This document shows, piece after piece, positions 31,024 to 41,300 of a stretch of DNA of 64,000 nucleotides. Location of the stretch: assembly GCA_963816145.1 (NCBI GenBank), contig CAWFJP010000011.1, positions 352,001-416,000 on the forward strand, given 5' to 3'. Position 1 is the first letter of the stretch. Each line of letters starts with the position of its first letter. The position numbers and the translations under genes were made by a program. The stretch comes from an uncultured delta proteobacterium (GTDB lineage: Bacteria > Desulfobacterota > Binatia > UBA9968). The notes beneath the pieces are model-generated. The model ran no database searches. It saw only the letters and a program-made list of their open reading frames with translations, and was not told where the DNA came from.

Positions 31024-32118
31024 TTAGTTCAGAGGATAGAGTAATTTCGGATTTTCGAAGAACATCTTGTCGGTGATCGTCCGCGGCACATCTTCGCGCG
31101 CGCGCATGGCGGCAACCAACTGGCGTTCCTCGGACGGATCTTGATGACCGTAGTCCGAACCGATGATCAGATGATCTTCGCCGGTAAACTCGGAGATATA
31201 TTTGATGTCTTCGTCGGCCTCGGCGGCGACGAAGATGCGATATTCGCGGAACATGTCTTGGTCCGAGGAAAACTTCCACTTTTCTTTGAACAGCCGCTTA
31301 AGGATATGCATCATGAACGGCACCCACCCCGCCGAGGCTTCGAGGAATCCGAACTTCAGCTTGGGATACTGTTCGGGAATCTTGTTGCCGATCAAATCGC
31401 GGAACGCCAGGATCGGCTGAATCCGACTATGGCCGAAAGTATGATTGCGCTCGACGTCGAACAGCTTGATGAATTCGGGGCAGCCCGCGCCGGTGTGAAT
31501 GCAAATCGGCAGCTCGGTGTCGTTGGCCGCCTGATAGATCGGGTGGAAGTAAGGATTGTCGAGAGTGCGCTGTCCCTCGACGCCGCGGAAGAACACGCCC
31601 ACCGCGCCGTTGTCCTTGCCCCACTTGATCTCTTTCACCGACTCCTCGGTGGAATGGAGCGGCGGCACCACCACCCAACGCATACGCCCGCCGGACTTGG
31701 CACAGGCCTGGGCGATGAAACGGTTGTAGGCACGCGCCATGGCGACATCGAGTGCGACATCGTCGGTAATGTAAATGAGAAACAAGGTCGGAAAAACCAC
31801 CTGAATATCGACGCCGAGCTTATCCATGTCGCGCAGGCGGCCGGGGATATCGGTCATCTCGCGGTAAGGCAGGTGAATGTCGCCGCGGGCCAACTCGAAT
31901 TTCGACGCGGACGGCGTGATCAGGCGAAAACTGCCCTTGCCGTTGGGCTTGGGGAAAATATTGCCATCGATGAGCCAAAACGCATTGCGCGGGCCATAGA
32001 GTGTGTCTTCCGGGCTCTTGAGCATCACCGGGCGGCGCGGATACATCTCTTTGTCGAACATCGCCCACATCGCCTCGCCTTCGGATATATGCGTGTCCGC
32101 ATCGATTATCCCTGCCAT
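31024..32118 (-). CDS. Amidohydrolase_2 family metal-dependent hydrolase/decarboxylase
   Basis: IIDADTH, DMDKLGVD, LPICIHTG, FLEASAGW, IGSDYGHQD motifs. Confidence 0.9.
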   Translation of the reverse strand: MAGIIDADTHISEGEAMWAMFDKEMYPRRPVMLKSPEDTLYGPRNAFWLIDGNIFPKPNGKGSFRLITPSASKFELARGDIHLPYREMTDIPGRLRDMDKLGVDIQVVFPTLFLIYITDDVALDVAMARAYNRFIAQACAKSGGRMRWVVVPPLHSTEESVKEIKWGKDNGAVGVFFRGVEGQRTLDNPYFHPIYQAANDTELPICIHTGAGCPEFIKLFDVERNHTFGHSRIQPILAFRDLIGNKIPEQYPKLKFGFLEASAGWVPFMMHILKRLFKEKWKFSSDQDMFREYRIFVAAEADEDIKYISEFTGEDHLIIGSDYGHQDPSEERQLVAAMRAREDVPRTITDKMFFENPKLLYPLN

Positions 32119-32322
32119 ATGAATCCTCCTGAATTAGGTTCGTGATTAAGCTAAGCGGCAAGCTATCATGGCTGATTCCCCGCCCGCAACGGTGTCCCAC
32201 CCGCGTGCCGCCCGCGCAACCGGCAAACTGCAAATTCCCGACCATCAGTTATAGTTTTTCTAGCTCGCGCCTATGTCAACTCGGGTAATTGCTGGTGTTC
32301 GCGCGCTGTAAGAAAATCCAAT

Positions 32323-32440
32323 GCCACCACGAAAAACACGAAGATCACGAAGTTGGGCCCATTAGGGATCCGAAACCTGCGTAGATATCGGGGTGAAAGT
32401 TCCCTTTCCGACTTCGCGCCCTTTGCGTCTTTGCGGGAGA
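32323..32440. repeat. 9-bp-periodic intergenic repeat with hybrid arms (CACGAAG and CTTTGCG)
   Basis: caccacgaaaaacacgaagatcacgaag ... cttcgcgccctttgcgtctttgcggg. Confidence 0.65.
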
Positions 32441-32453
32441 TATTCCGAGTCGG

Positions 32454-33356
32454 CTAAGACTGCTTTACCGCGCCGGCCATCGCCCACTCCGTCGCGATCT
32501 GCCGCGCATTGGCCGCCTTGTCGTTGGACACTTGGGCGACCAATTTGCCCATGTGCAGCATATCGATCTGCAACGATTCGTCCATGTAGCCGAGATAATC
32601 GTCAAACGTCCGCTCGGCGAGCGAACGGTAGTGGCCGAATTTATCGATCAATAGCTGCACGACTTTGTCGCGATTGGCCTTGGCGTGAATAATCCCGTCG
32701 CGGTGCGCCGCTAAAAACACCCTGAAATCCTGCTCGCGCTCACCGAGCAGTTGCTGCGTCGTTTCAATGGTGATCGGCAAAGGATCGTCGACCAAGTCAT
32801 TCCAGTCAAGCATGCGGTGAAACCCCTTGTCTTCAGCGACAAACCCATAGGGCCGCGGCACGATCGCCGCGGCGGCCTTTCTGTCAAGCAGGGTATGAAA
32901 CGCCTCTTGGTCGCTAGGGACAAGTTTGATTTGAAAATCAGTGCCCATGGCGATGCCGCCGAGTTGCTCGAACTGCCAGCGAAACGGCACGCCGCGCGCC
33001 GGCCCTTCGCGGCAGACGACGATCCGGTCTTTGAGATCTTTGATTTCTTTAATCGCCGCGTCGGCAACCAACAGATAAGGGCAAGTATTCATGGCGCAGC
33101 CCAACACCCGCGTCGACTTGGTGTCGAGAAAATGCTGCAGCGAAGCGCGGCCGACGACAAACGACACCTGCGCCTCGCCGCTACCCAGGCGACGATAGCG
33201 CTCTTCGGTTCCTTGGACATGATTCCACGAAACCTCGAGGCCATGCTTTTCATAAATGCCGTCGGCGATCGACAGGTAGCCCGTGATGTCGCGGGCGAAT
33301 TTGCCGTCGATGCCTTCGAGATGTCCGTACATACAGCTGAGCTTGGTTAGACTCAT
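32454..33356 (-). CDS. NMT1/THI5-fold protein lacking a signal peptide
   Basis: ADGIYEKHGLEV and IKDLKDRIV motifs; AAGGAG RBS precedes the start; no hydrophobic N-terminus. Confidence 0.75.
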   Translation of the reverse strand: MSLTKLSCMYGHLEGIDGKFARDITGYLSIADGIYEKHGLEVSWNHVQGTEERYRRLGSGEAQVSFVVGRASLQHFLDTKSTRVLGCAMNTCPYLLVADAAIKEIKDLKDRIVVCREGPARGVPFRWQFEQLGGIAMGTDFQIKLVPSDQEAFHTLLDRKAAAAIVPRPYGFVAEDKGFHRMLDWNDLVDDPLPITIETTQQLLGEREQDFRVFLAAHRDGIIHAKANRDKVVQLLIDKFGHYRSLAERTFDDYLGYMDESLQIDMLHMGKLVAQVSNDKAANARQIATEWAMAGAVKQS

Positions 33357-33385
33357 GACCTTTTCTCCTTTGTGATGATTCCAGG

Positions 33386-33510
33386 TTTAGTGTGAAGATG
33401 TTTTCACCACGAAGGACACGAAGAGCACGAAGTTCGGAGTATTATTTTCCGAAACCTTCGTGTCCTTCGTGCCTTCGTGGTGAACAAAACCATCTGAACG
33501 ACACACGTAA
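33386..33510. repeat. Inverted-repeat element with (CACGAAG)3 arms
   Basis: ttcaccacgaaggacacgaagagcacgaag ... cttcgtgtccttcgtgccttcgtggtgaa. Confidence 0.85.
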
Positions 33511-33559
33511 AGCCTGAAGACCTCTATATTACGGTTGGCGCCGGCAAACAAACTTGGTC

Positions 33560-33589
33560 TTGACAGTACTCCGGCAGCGGGACTAAATT
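33560..33589 (+). promoter_or_regulatory. Putative sigma-70 promoter of the cupin gene
   Basis: TTGACA-N18-TAAATT upstream of the AGGAGG RBS. Confidence 0.45.
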
Positions 33590-33634
33590 CTGGACATCAT
33601 TAACGGCAAAATCATTTAACCAAAGGAGGGTCCC

Positions 33635-34066
33635 ATGAAAGTCTTAGATGTTCTGGAAATGTCGAAGGGCCGCAAAAAAGGCCAGCGCCGGATCGATCTT
33701 TTTCGCCGCGAGAATCTGGAAACCTGGATTCTGATTTTTCCCCCTGGCGACGTGCAAGTCATGCACAATCATCCGTCGGACCGGACCTATTATGTTCTGA
33801 CCGGCAAAGGTATCGTCAAAGGCCGCGACGAAACCCATGAGGTCACCCAGGGGCAGATCATCAGCATCCCAGCCCATGAGTTTTATGAAGGATCGAATCC
33901 CAATGACGAACCGATGATTCTGCTCGGCAACAGCCACAAAGCGACGGCGGAAGACGTCGCCAAAGCCGGCGGCCAAAGAAACGAAATCGACGCCAAGACC
34001 GGCAAGCGGGTAATTTTCCAGCATGGCGGCGGCCAAGACATGGGCGTGTTAGCCGACTGGAATTAA
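33635..34066 (+). CDS. Cupin domain protein
   Basis: MHNHPSDRTYYVLTGKG and GQIISIPAHEF cupin motifs. Confidence 0.85.
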   Translation: MKVLDVLEMSKGRKKGQRRIDLFRRENLETWILIFPPGDVQVMHNHPSDRTYYVLTGKGIVKGRDETHEVTQGQIISIPAHEFYEGSNPNDEPMILLGNSHKATAEDVAKAGGQRNEIDAKTGKRVIFQHGGGQDMGVLADWN

Positions 34067-34087
34067 ACTAACCCATCCACCAAGACT

Positions 34088-34121
34088 AAGCCCGGTCGAG
34101 GCAACTCGCCGGGCTTTTTTC
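34088..34121 (+). terminator. Intrinsic terminator after the cupin gene
   Basis: AAGCCCGGtCGAG-GCAA-CTCGCCGGGCTT followed by a T-tract. Confidence 0.75.
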
Positions 34122-34160
34122 TGGCCGTCAACAGTATCGCGCGAATGAGCTGGAACCAAA

Positions 34161-34318
34161 CACGAAATCCGAAGCTCGAAACTCGAAACAAATCCAAATG
34201 GAGAAAAACTCAATGTTCCAAACTAACTCCTTCGGATTCGAGGTTTTGGATTTTCCGTATTTAGAATTTATTTTGGCCTCGGTTTGTTTGGGATTTCGAC
34301 ATTCGGATTTCGGATTTT
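34161..34318. repeat. MITE-like inverted repeat with 7-bp-periodic (CGAAATC) arms, copy 1
   Basis: cgaaatccgaagctcgaaactcgaaacaaatc ... gtttgtttgggatttcgacattcggatttcggattt. Confidence 0.8.
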
Positions 34319-35037
34319 AGTCTCTCTCATCCCCTTCAGCCCCGCCTTTGCGTCCATACGCCCCTTGCAGCGTGCGAGTCTTGACGAAGAACATCATCTG
34401 CTCGTCGCTGCGAAACTTGCTCATGTCGTAGCGCTCGCGGTGAATCAATTCATCGAGGCCGCGGCGCGGCGGCGCCGCCACGGCGCTTTTGGCATAGCCG
34501 ATCGGCACCAAGTGATAAATGCGCAACGGCTCTGGGATGCCAAGCAGCGCCTTCAACATGGTTTCCATATACGGCGAATTGGCATCGCTGACATATTGCG
34601 ACGCAAGCCCTAGCGCCGTCGCCGCCAAGTGAATCAATAAGGTCGCGTTGGCCAAGCCGGTGATAAAGTGCGACTCGGCCTTCTCCAACTTGGTACGGAT
34701 CGGATAGGCTTCTTTGACCCTTGGATCACCGAGAATAACGATATGCACCGGCGCGTGGCGAAAGCCGTCGCCGGTCATCTTCGCCGTGCCGCGCACGGCC
34801 ATGTCCATCTCACGCTTCTGCTCCATCTGCTTGAGATAGTAATCGGCGATCTTGTGCCGCGTCGCGCGCTCGCGCACGATGACAAATTCCCAAGGCTGGG
34901 CGTTGCCCCCGGACGGAGCCCAGCGGGCACAATCGAGGATCGTCCGAATCGTCTCAGTCGGAAACTTCCCGGCTGCCGTCGTAGCCGCGAATACTGCGCC
35001 GCTGTTCGACTAGCGACTGCAAGTCAACGATGTTCAT
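34317..35037 (-). CDS. Nitroreductase family protein (one frameshift near 34955)
   Basis: MNIVDLQSLVEQRRSIRGY..., then in the shifted frame ARWAPSGGNAQPWEFV; LAATALGLAS motif; GGAGG RBS. Confidence 0.85.
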
Positions 35038-35281
35038 TTTCCACCTCCGAAAGTATGATTACCGAATGGTATTTTCTTTTTGCGCCGGTTCACCTTATCA
35101 AGAACTGCGGCGGTGAACATAGTTTCTTGCTCCATGCGGAGTTACCACTTCGATTTAGCCGCCCCTCCAACTCGCCGAACTCCTGAACCTTTCCCCATTA
35201 AGGCCCCCTAATCGTTCCTTGACGCCGGGCATGCACCTGGCTTAGAAGTCAGCTCAGTTCCGGGAACAGGATCGGACATTG

Positions 35282-35360
35282 CACCGCAGAGGCGCGGAGC
35301 GCGCGGAGGGAATCCGTTATCTTAAAGCAACACTCTGTGAACTCTGTGTCGCCGCGGTGA
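35282..35360. repeat. 9-bp-periodic inverted repeat (CGCAGAG/CTCTGTG type)
   Basis: caccgcagaggcgcggagcgcgcggag ... ctctgtgaactctgtgtcgccgcggtg. Confidence 0.7.
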
Positions 35361-35390
35361 AGAGTCTCTCCCCTTAATGCCGTAGCTCTT

Positions 35391-38300
35391 ATGGCGACGA
35401 CCAGCAAGAAAACGCCGAAGAAATCGCAGGCAAAGCCGCGAGCCAAGTCTGCTTCGCCGTCCGTTGCCAAGCTGAAAAACACCATCGCCGCGCAAGCGCG
35501 GGAGATCCGTGAAGGCGCGGAACAGCAGGTGGCAACGAGCGAGATCCTGCGGATGATCGCCAAGGCCCCAGGCGATCTCCAATCGGTCTTGGATACGCTG
35601 CTGGCCAACGCCGTAAAACTCTCTGGCGCAACACAAGGGCATATTCGCCAGTTTGACGGCGAGTTCCTGACGTATGTCTCGCATTTCAATGAGAGTCCCG
35701 AAGTTGTCGCCACTCTAAATCAACTGCCTCAGCGACCGCGGCCGGAGAGTATCAGCACCCGAGCTCTGACCGAGAAACACCCCGTCCACATTCTTGACGC
35801 GCAAGCGGAGCCAAATTTTCGCGGCCCTGCGGCGCAAGCTCATGCGCGCACAATGTTAGTCGCGCCGCTATTGCGGGAAGACGTTGGGATCGGAACGATC
35901 ACGATTTGGCGCGACTTCGTCGAGCCGTTTACGGATCGTCAAATCGAGCTGGTCAAAACTTTCGCCGACCAAGGCGTGATAGCCATCGAGAATGTTCGGC
36001 TCTTTAATGAACTCGAAGCGCGCAACCGTGATCTCAGCGAAGCGCTGGAGCAACAGACTGCGACAGCTGAAATTCTCGGTGTGATCGCCAGTTCTCCGAC
36101 CGATTTGAACCCGGTGCTGGAAGCCATTACCGAGCGGGCTGCGCGCGTCTGCGGCGCGGAAGACGCCGTCATGCGGCTCGTTGAAGGACATGTCATGCGC
36201 CTGGCGGCGCACTACGGATCGGTGCCCGATGTCGCAGTGGAGCGGCCGATCGATCGCCAATCGCCTCCCGGCCGCGCGGTGCTGGAGCGGGACATCGTCC
36301 ATATCGAGAATATTCAACTGGTGGCGGCGAGCGAATTCCCCGGGGTCGTCGACACTGCCAGGCGGACCGATACCGGGACGGTTCTAGCCGTGCCGTTAAT
36401 GCGAGAGGGAGTCGCCCTCGGCGTCATACATTTCCGCCCAATCGAAGTTCGTCCTTTTTCGGAAAAACAAATAGCTCTTCTCAAAAGCTTTGCCGATCAA
36501 GCCGTGATTGCCATCGAGAACGTGCGCCTGTTCCAAGAGCTGCAAGTTCGTAACCGCGACCTCACCGAAGCACTGGAGCAGCAAACCGCGACCGGCGAAG
36601 TCCTGCGGGTCATCGCTTCGTCACCGACGGAGTTGCAGCCGGTGCTCGACACACTGATCGCGAATGCGGTGAAGCTTGCCGGCGCCAAGCAGGGACATAT
36701 TCGCCAGCATGACGGTGAGTATTTTAGAGCCGTAGCGCATTACGGCGAGAGTCCAGAACTGGTGGACACCTTGCGCACCAACCCAATACGACCCGCTCCA
36801 GACACTCAGCTCGGTCGAGAATTCCTAACTCGCACACCGCTCCACATCCTCGACGCTCGGCTCGATCCTGACCGCCAAAATCTCGCAGCGCGAACCGGCG
36901 CTCGAACCCTGTTGGTCGTCCCGCTGCTACGAGAAGATAGTTCAATTGGCGGGATTACGATTTGGCGCGATGTCGTCGATCCTTTCAGCGACCGGCAGAT
37001 CGAGCTGGTCAAAACCTTCGCCGACCAGGCTGTCATCGCTATTGAGAACGTCCGCTTATTCCAAGAGCTGACTGAATCTCTCGACCAGCAAACTGCTACG
37101 AGCGAAATCCTGGGCGTGATTGCCAGCTCGCCGACGGATATACAACCGGTGCTCGATACCGTTGCAGCAAATGCCGCCCGCCTATGCGAGGCCAACGATG
37201 CGCAGATTTACCGCGTCGAAGGCGCGCTGATTCGCAAAGTCGCCATCCATGGAGATGTGCCTAGCCATCTTCCACTCGGTGAAACCAGGCCGTTAACCCG
37301 CGGTTCCGTTAGCGGCCGTGCGGTTCTCGACCGGGAAATGGTTCACTTTCATGACATGTGGGAAGCGCGCCAAGAGGACTTTCCGGACGTCCATTATCCG
37401 ACGAACGAAAGGTTGGGACTTCGGACGTTTCTTTCTATTCCGCTTCTGCGGGAAGGCGTTGCCATCGGCGTGATCACGATCCGTCGCCGGGAGGTGCAGC
37501 CGTTTACAGAAAAACAAATTGCCCTGCTCAAAACCTTCGCCGACCAAGCCGTCATCGCTATCGAAAACGTGCGGTTGTTCCAAGAACTGCAAGTTCGCAA
37601 CCGCGATCTTACCGAAGCGCTGGAGCAACAAACCGCCACCGGCGAAGTCCTGCGGGTCATCGCCAGCTCGCCGACGGACATTCAGCCCGTCCTCGATACG
37701 GTGGCCGCCAATGCAGCGTGCTTGTGTGACGCGACCAACGCGCAGATTTTCCGCGCCGATGGCGATGTCCTTCGTTTGGCCGCAAATTTCGGCGACCTCC
37801 CAGCACGGACGGAGATACTTTTGGGCTCCGGCACCGTTGGGAGCCGCGCGATCACCGAGCGGAGAACAGTTCATGTCCATGACCTTGACCAGTCCGCGGA
37901 GGAGTTCCCGGAGAGCCAGGGCGCCGGTTATCGCACCCGGCTAGCGACGCCATTACTGCGCGAAGGAGTCGTCCTTGGCGTGATCGGCATTCGCCGATTG
38001 GAAGTCCGGCCGTTTACTGACAGCCAAATCAAATTATTGGAGACCTTCGCCGCCCAGGCGGTGATCGCCATCGAGAACGTCCGGCTGTTCCAAGAACTCA
38101 AGGAATCCCTCGAACAGCAGACTGCGACGAGTGAAATTTTGGGCGTCATTGCTAGCTCGCCGACGGATATTCAGCCGGTGCTCGATGCGGTAATTGCCAA
38201 TGCGGTGAAATTGTCCGGGGCTACCAAGGGCCATGTCCGTCGGCTGGAAAATGGATTTCTCCACGTAGTCGCGCACTGTAACGAAACTCCTGAACAGATC

Positions 38301-41300
38301 GAGTATCTAAGCGCTAATCCGATTCCTGTCTCGCGGAGCGTTTCGATCCTTGAAAATCGAGTCGTCCACCGACACGACCTTCAGGAACGAAATCAAATGC
38401 TTGGTATAGACTCGTTCTTGGGAGCGCGGACCCAATTGGGTGTGCCTTTGCAGCGTGAGGGAATAGCAATTGGCAATATCATGATTTGGCGGGATGTCGT
38501 CGAGCCGTTTACCGACCGGCAAATCGATCTGGTCAAAACCTTCGCCGACCAAGCGGTCATCGCCATCGAGAACGTGCGGCTGTTCAATGAACTGCAGCAG
38601 CGCAACCGTGATCTCACTGAAGCGCTGGAGCAGCAGACGGCGACGAGCGAGATTCTGGGTGTTATTGCCAGTTCGCCGACCGATCTGACACCCGTCCTAG
38701 AAACCGTGGCGAGGAACGCGGCGCGGCTTTGTGAAGCGAAGAGCGCGCAGGTGTATCGCACCGATGGCGATTTGCTGCGGCTTGCCGCGAACTACGGGGA
38801 ACTGCACGCGGGAGAGACCAGGCCGATTGGCCGAGGCACAGTGAGCGGCCGCGCAGTTGTCGATCGCAAAACCATTCACACCGACGAACGCATCCAATAT
38901 GCAGTGGAGTTCCCCGACAGTAAGAGCGCTAGCGGCGAAACGCGTCTGTCGACGCCGTTGCTGCGCGAAGGTGTTGCCATCGGCGTAATCGGCATTCGCC
39001 GCACCGAACTGCGACCATTCACCGAAAGCCAAATCAAGCTCATCGAGACCTTTGCTAAGCAGGCCGTGATTGCGATCGAAAATGTGCGGCTGTTCAACGA
39101 ACTGAAGGAGTCACTGGAGCAGCAAACGGCGACGAGCGAAATCTTGGGCGTCATTGCCAGCTCGCCGACAGACATCCAACCGGTGCTCGACACTGTGGCT
39201 CAAAACGCGCTGCGAGTTTGTGGAGCGGAAGACGCGCTGGTCTGGCGTCTAGACGGAAGCACCCTCCGGCTTGTCGCCAACTGCGGTTCACTGCCGGCAC
39301 GACCTATTGGGTCCGAGCGCCAGGTAGACCATGGCTCCATCACCGGGCGAGCGGTGATCGAACGGCAGACCGTTCATGTGCAGGATGTCGCGGGAGCCGC
39401 AGCAGAATTCCCAAGTATGCGCGGCTTAATTGGGGCGGGTACCGCGCTTGCTACGCCACTGCTGCGGGAAGGCGTACCGATCGGTGTGATTCATATTCGC
39501 CGGATGGAAATCGGTCCGTTCTCGGACAAGCAAATATCCCTGCTTAAGACCTTCGCCGACCAGGCGGTGATCGCCATCGAAAACGTGCGCTTGTTCAAGG
39601 AACTCGGCGAGCGCAATGCGGAGCTGCGCGAGGCGCTGGAGCATCAGACGGCGACCGCCGAGGTGCTCGGTATCATCAGCCGCTCGCCGACAGACGTGCA
39701 GCCGGTCCTCGACGCCATTGTCGAGAGCGCGGCAAAGGTTTGCGGGATCGATGACGTGGTGCTGCGACTCATTGAAGGGGACGCAATGGTCGCCCGTGCG
39801 CATTTTGGTCCCCTTGCAATACCGACGACCCGCGCAGCAATCACTATGGATGAACCACGGTTTTCCTGGATGCGCGAGCATGGAACGCTGCACATTCCTG
39901 ATGTCCGCGAGCAACAGGATTTTCCGGGTCTAGGTTCGGTGATTAGTTTCCGCACGTTCTTAGCCGTGCCGCTCAAACAACAAGGGCAATTCATTGGAAC
40001 ACTTAACGCACGTCGCACCGAGGTGCGCCCCTTCACCCCGGTGCAAATCAAGCTGATGGAAACCTTCGCTGACCAAGGCGTGATCGCCATCGAGAATGTG
40101 CGGTTGTTCAAAGAATTGCAAGAACGCAACCGCGATCTCACCGAGGCGCTGGAGCAACAGACAGCGACGAGTGAGATTCTGCGCGTCGATCGCCAGCTCG
40201 CCGACGGATATGCAGCCGGTGCTGGACACAGTTATCGCCAATGCCGTGAAACTATGCGAGCGCAAAAGAAGCGGCCACGTGTGGCAGGTTGATGGAGACC
40301 GACTGCAAGTGAGTGGCATTGCGGCACGGTCGAGACTCCCGAAGAAGTTGCCGTTACTTACGAGTAGACCACTGCAATTTGGAGCACGAAGTCCATCAGC
40401 TCGTGCTTTTCGTCGAGGGCAGGCCACGTTCAATCTCAGGACGCGCAACTAGAACTGCCAGAATCGATAGCTCGGATAGTTCAAACCGGAATGCGCACGA
40501 TCTTGGGAGTACCTCTGTTGCGCGAAGGGATCCGCTATCGGAACGATCACAATTCGGCGCGATGTAGGTGCAACCGTTCACCGATCGTCAAATAGAGCTG
40601 TTGCAAACCTTCGCCGACCAAGCCGTCATCGCCATCGAGAACGTCCGCTTGTTCAAAGAACTCGACGAGCGCAATGCGGAGCTGCGCGAGGCGCTGGAGC
40701 ATCAGACGGCGACCGCCGAGGTGCTCGGCATCATCAGCCGCTCGCCGACAGACGTGCAGCCGGTCCTCGACGCCATCGTCGAGAGCGCCGCCCGGGTTTG
40801 TCGGATCGATGACGTGCTGCTGCGACTCCAACAGGGAGACACTATGACTGTGCGAGCCCATTTTGGCCCCGTAGCCGTTGGAGTCGTCGAATTTAGTATT
40901 GATACGCCACAGTATCGCTGGATGCGCGATTACGGCACGCTCCACGTTCCCGACGCCCGCGCCGCGCAGAATGATTTTCCAATGATGGGTGTCGTCGGCG
41001 GGTGGCGCAGCTTCTTGGGCGTTCCCCTTCGCCAGCAGGGAGAATTCATCGGAGTACTGAACGCACGTCGCACCGAGGTGCGCCCCTTCACCCCGGCGCA
41101 GATCAAACTGCTTGAAACCTTCGCCGACCAAGCGGTGATCGCCATCGAGAACGTGCGCCTATTCCGGGAACTCGGCGAGCGCAATGCGGAATTGCGCGAG
41201 GCCCTGGAGCATCAGACCGCAACCGCCGAGGTGCTCGGCATCATCAGCCGCTCGCCCACCGACGTCCAGCCTGTGCTTGACGCTATCGTGGAGAGCGCCG

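Noticed and set aside
30827-31279. N-terminal extension of the 478-aa ORF
   Set aside because: It overlaps the amidohydrolase in another frame; the RBS and signal peptide support a start at 30826.
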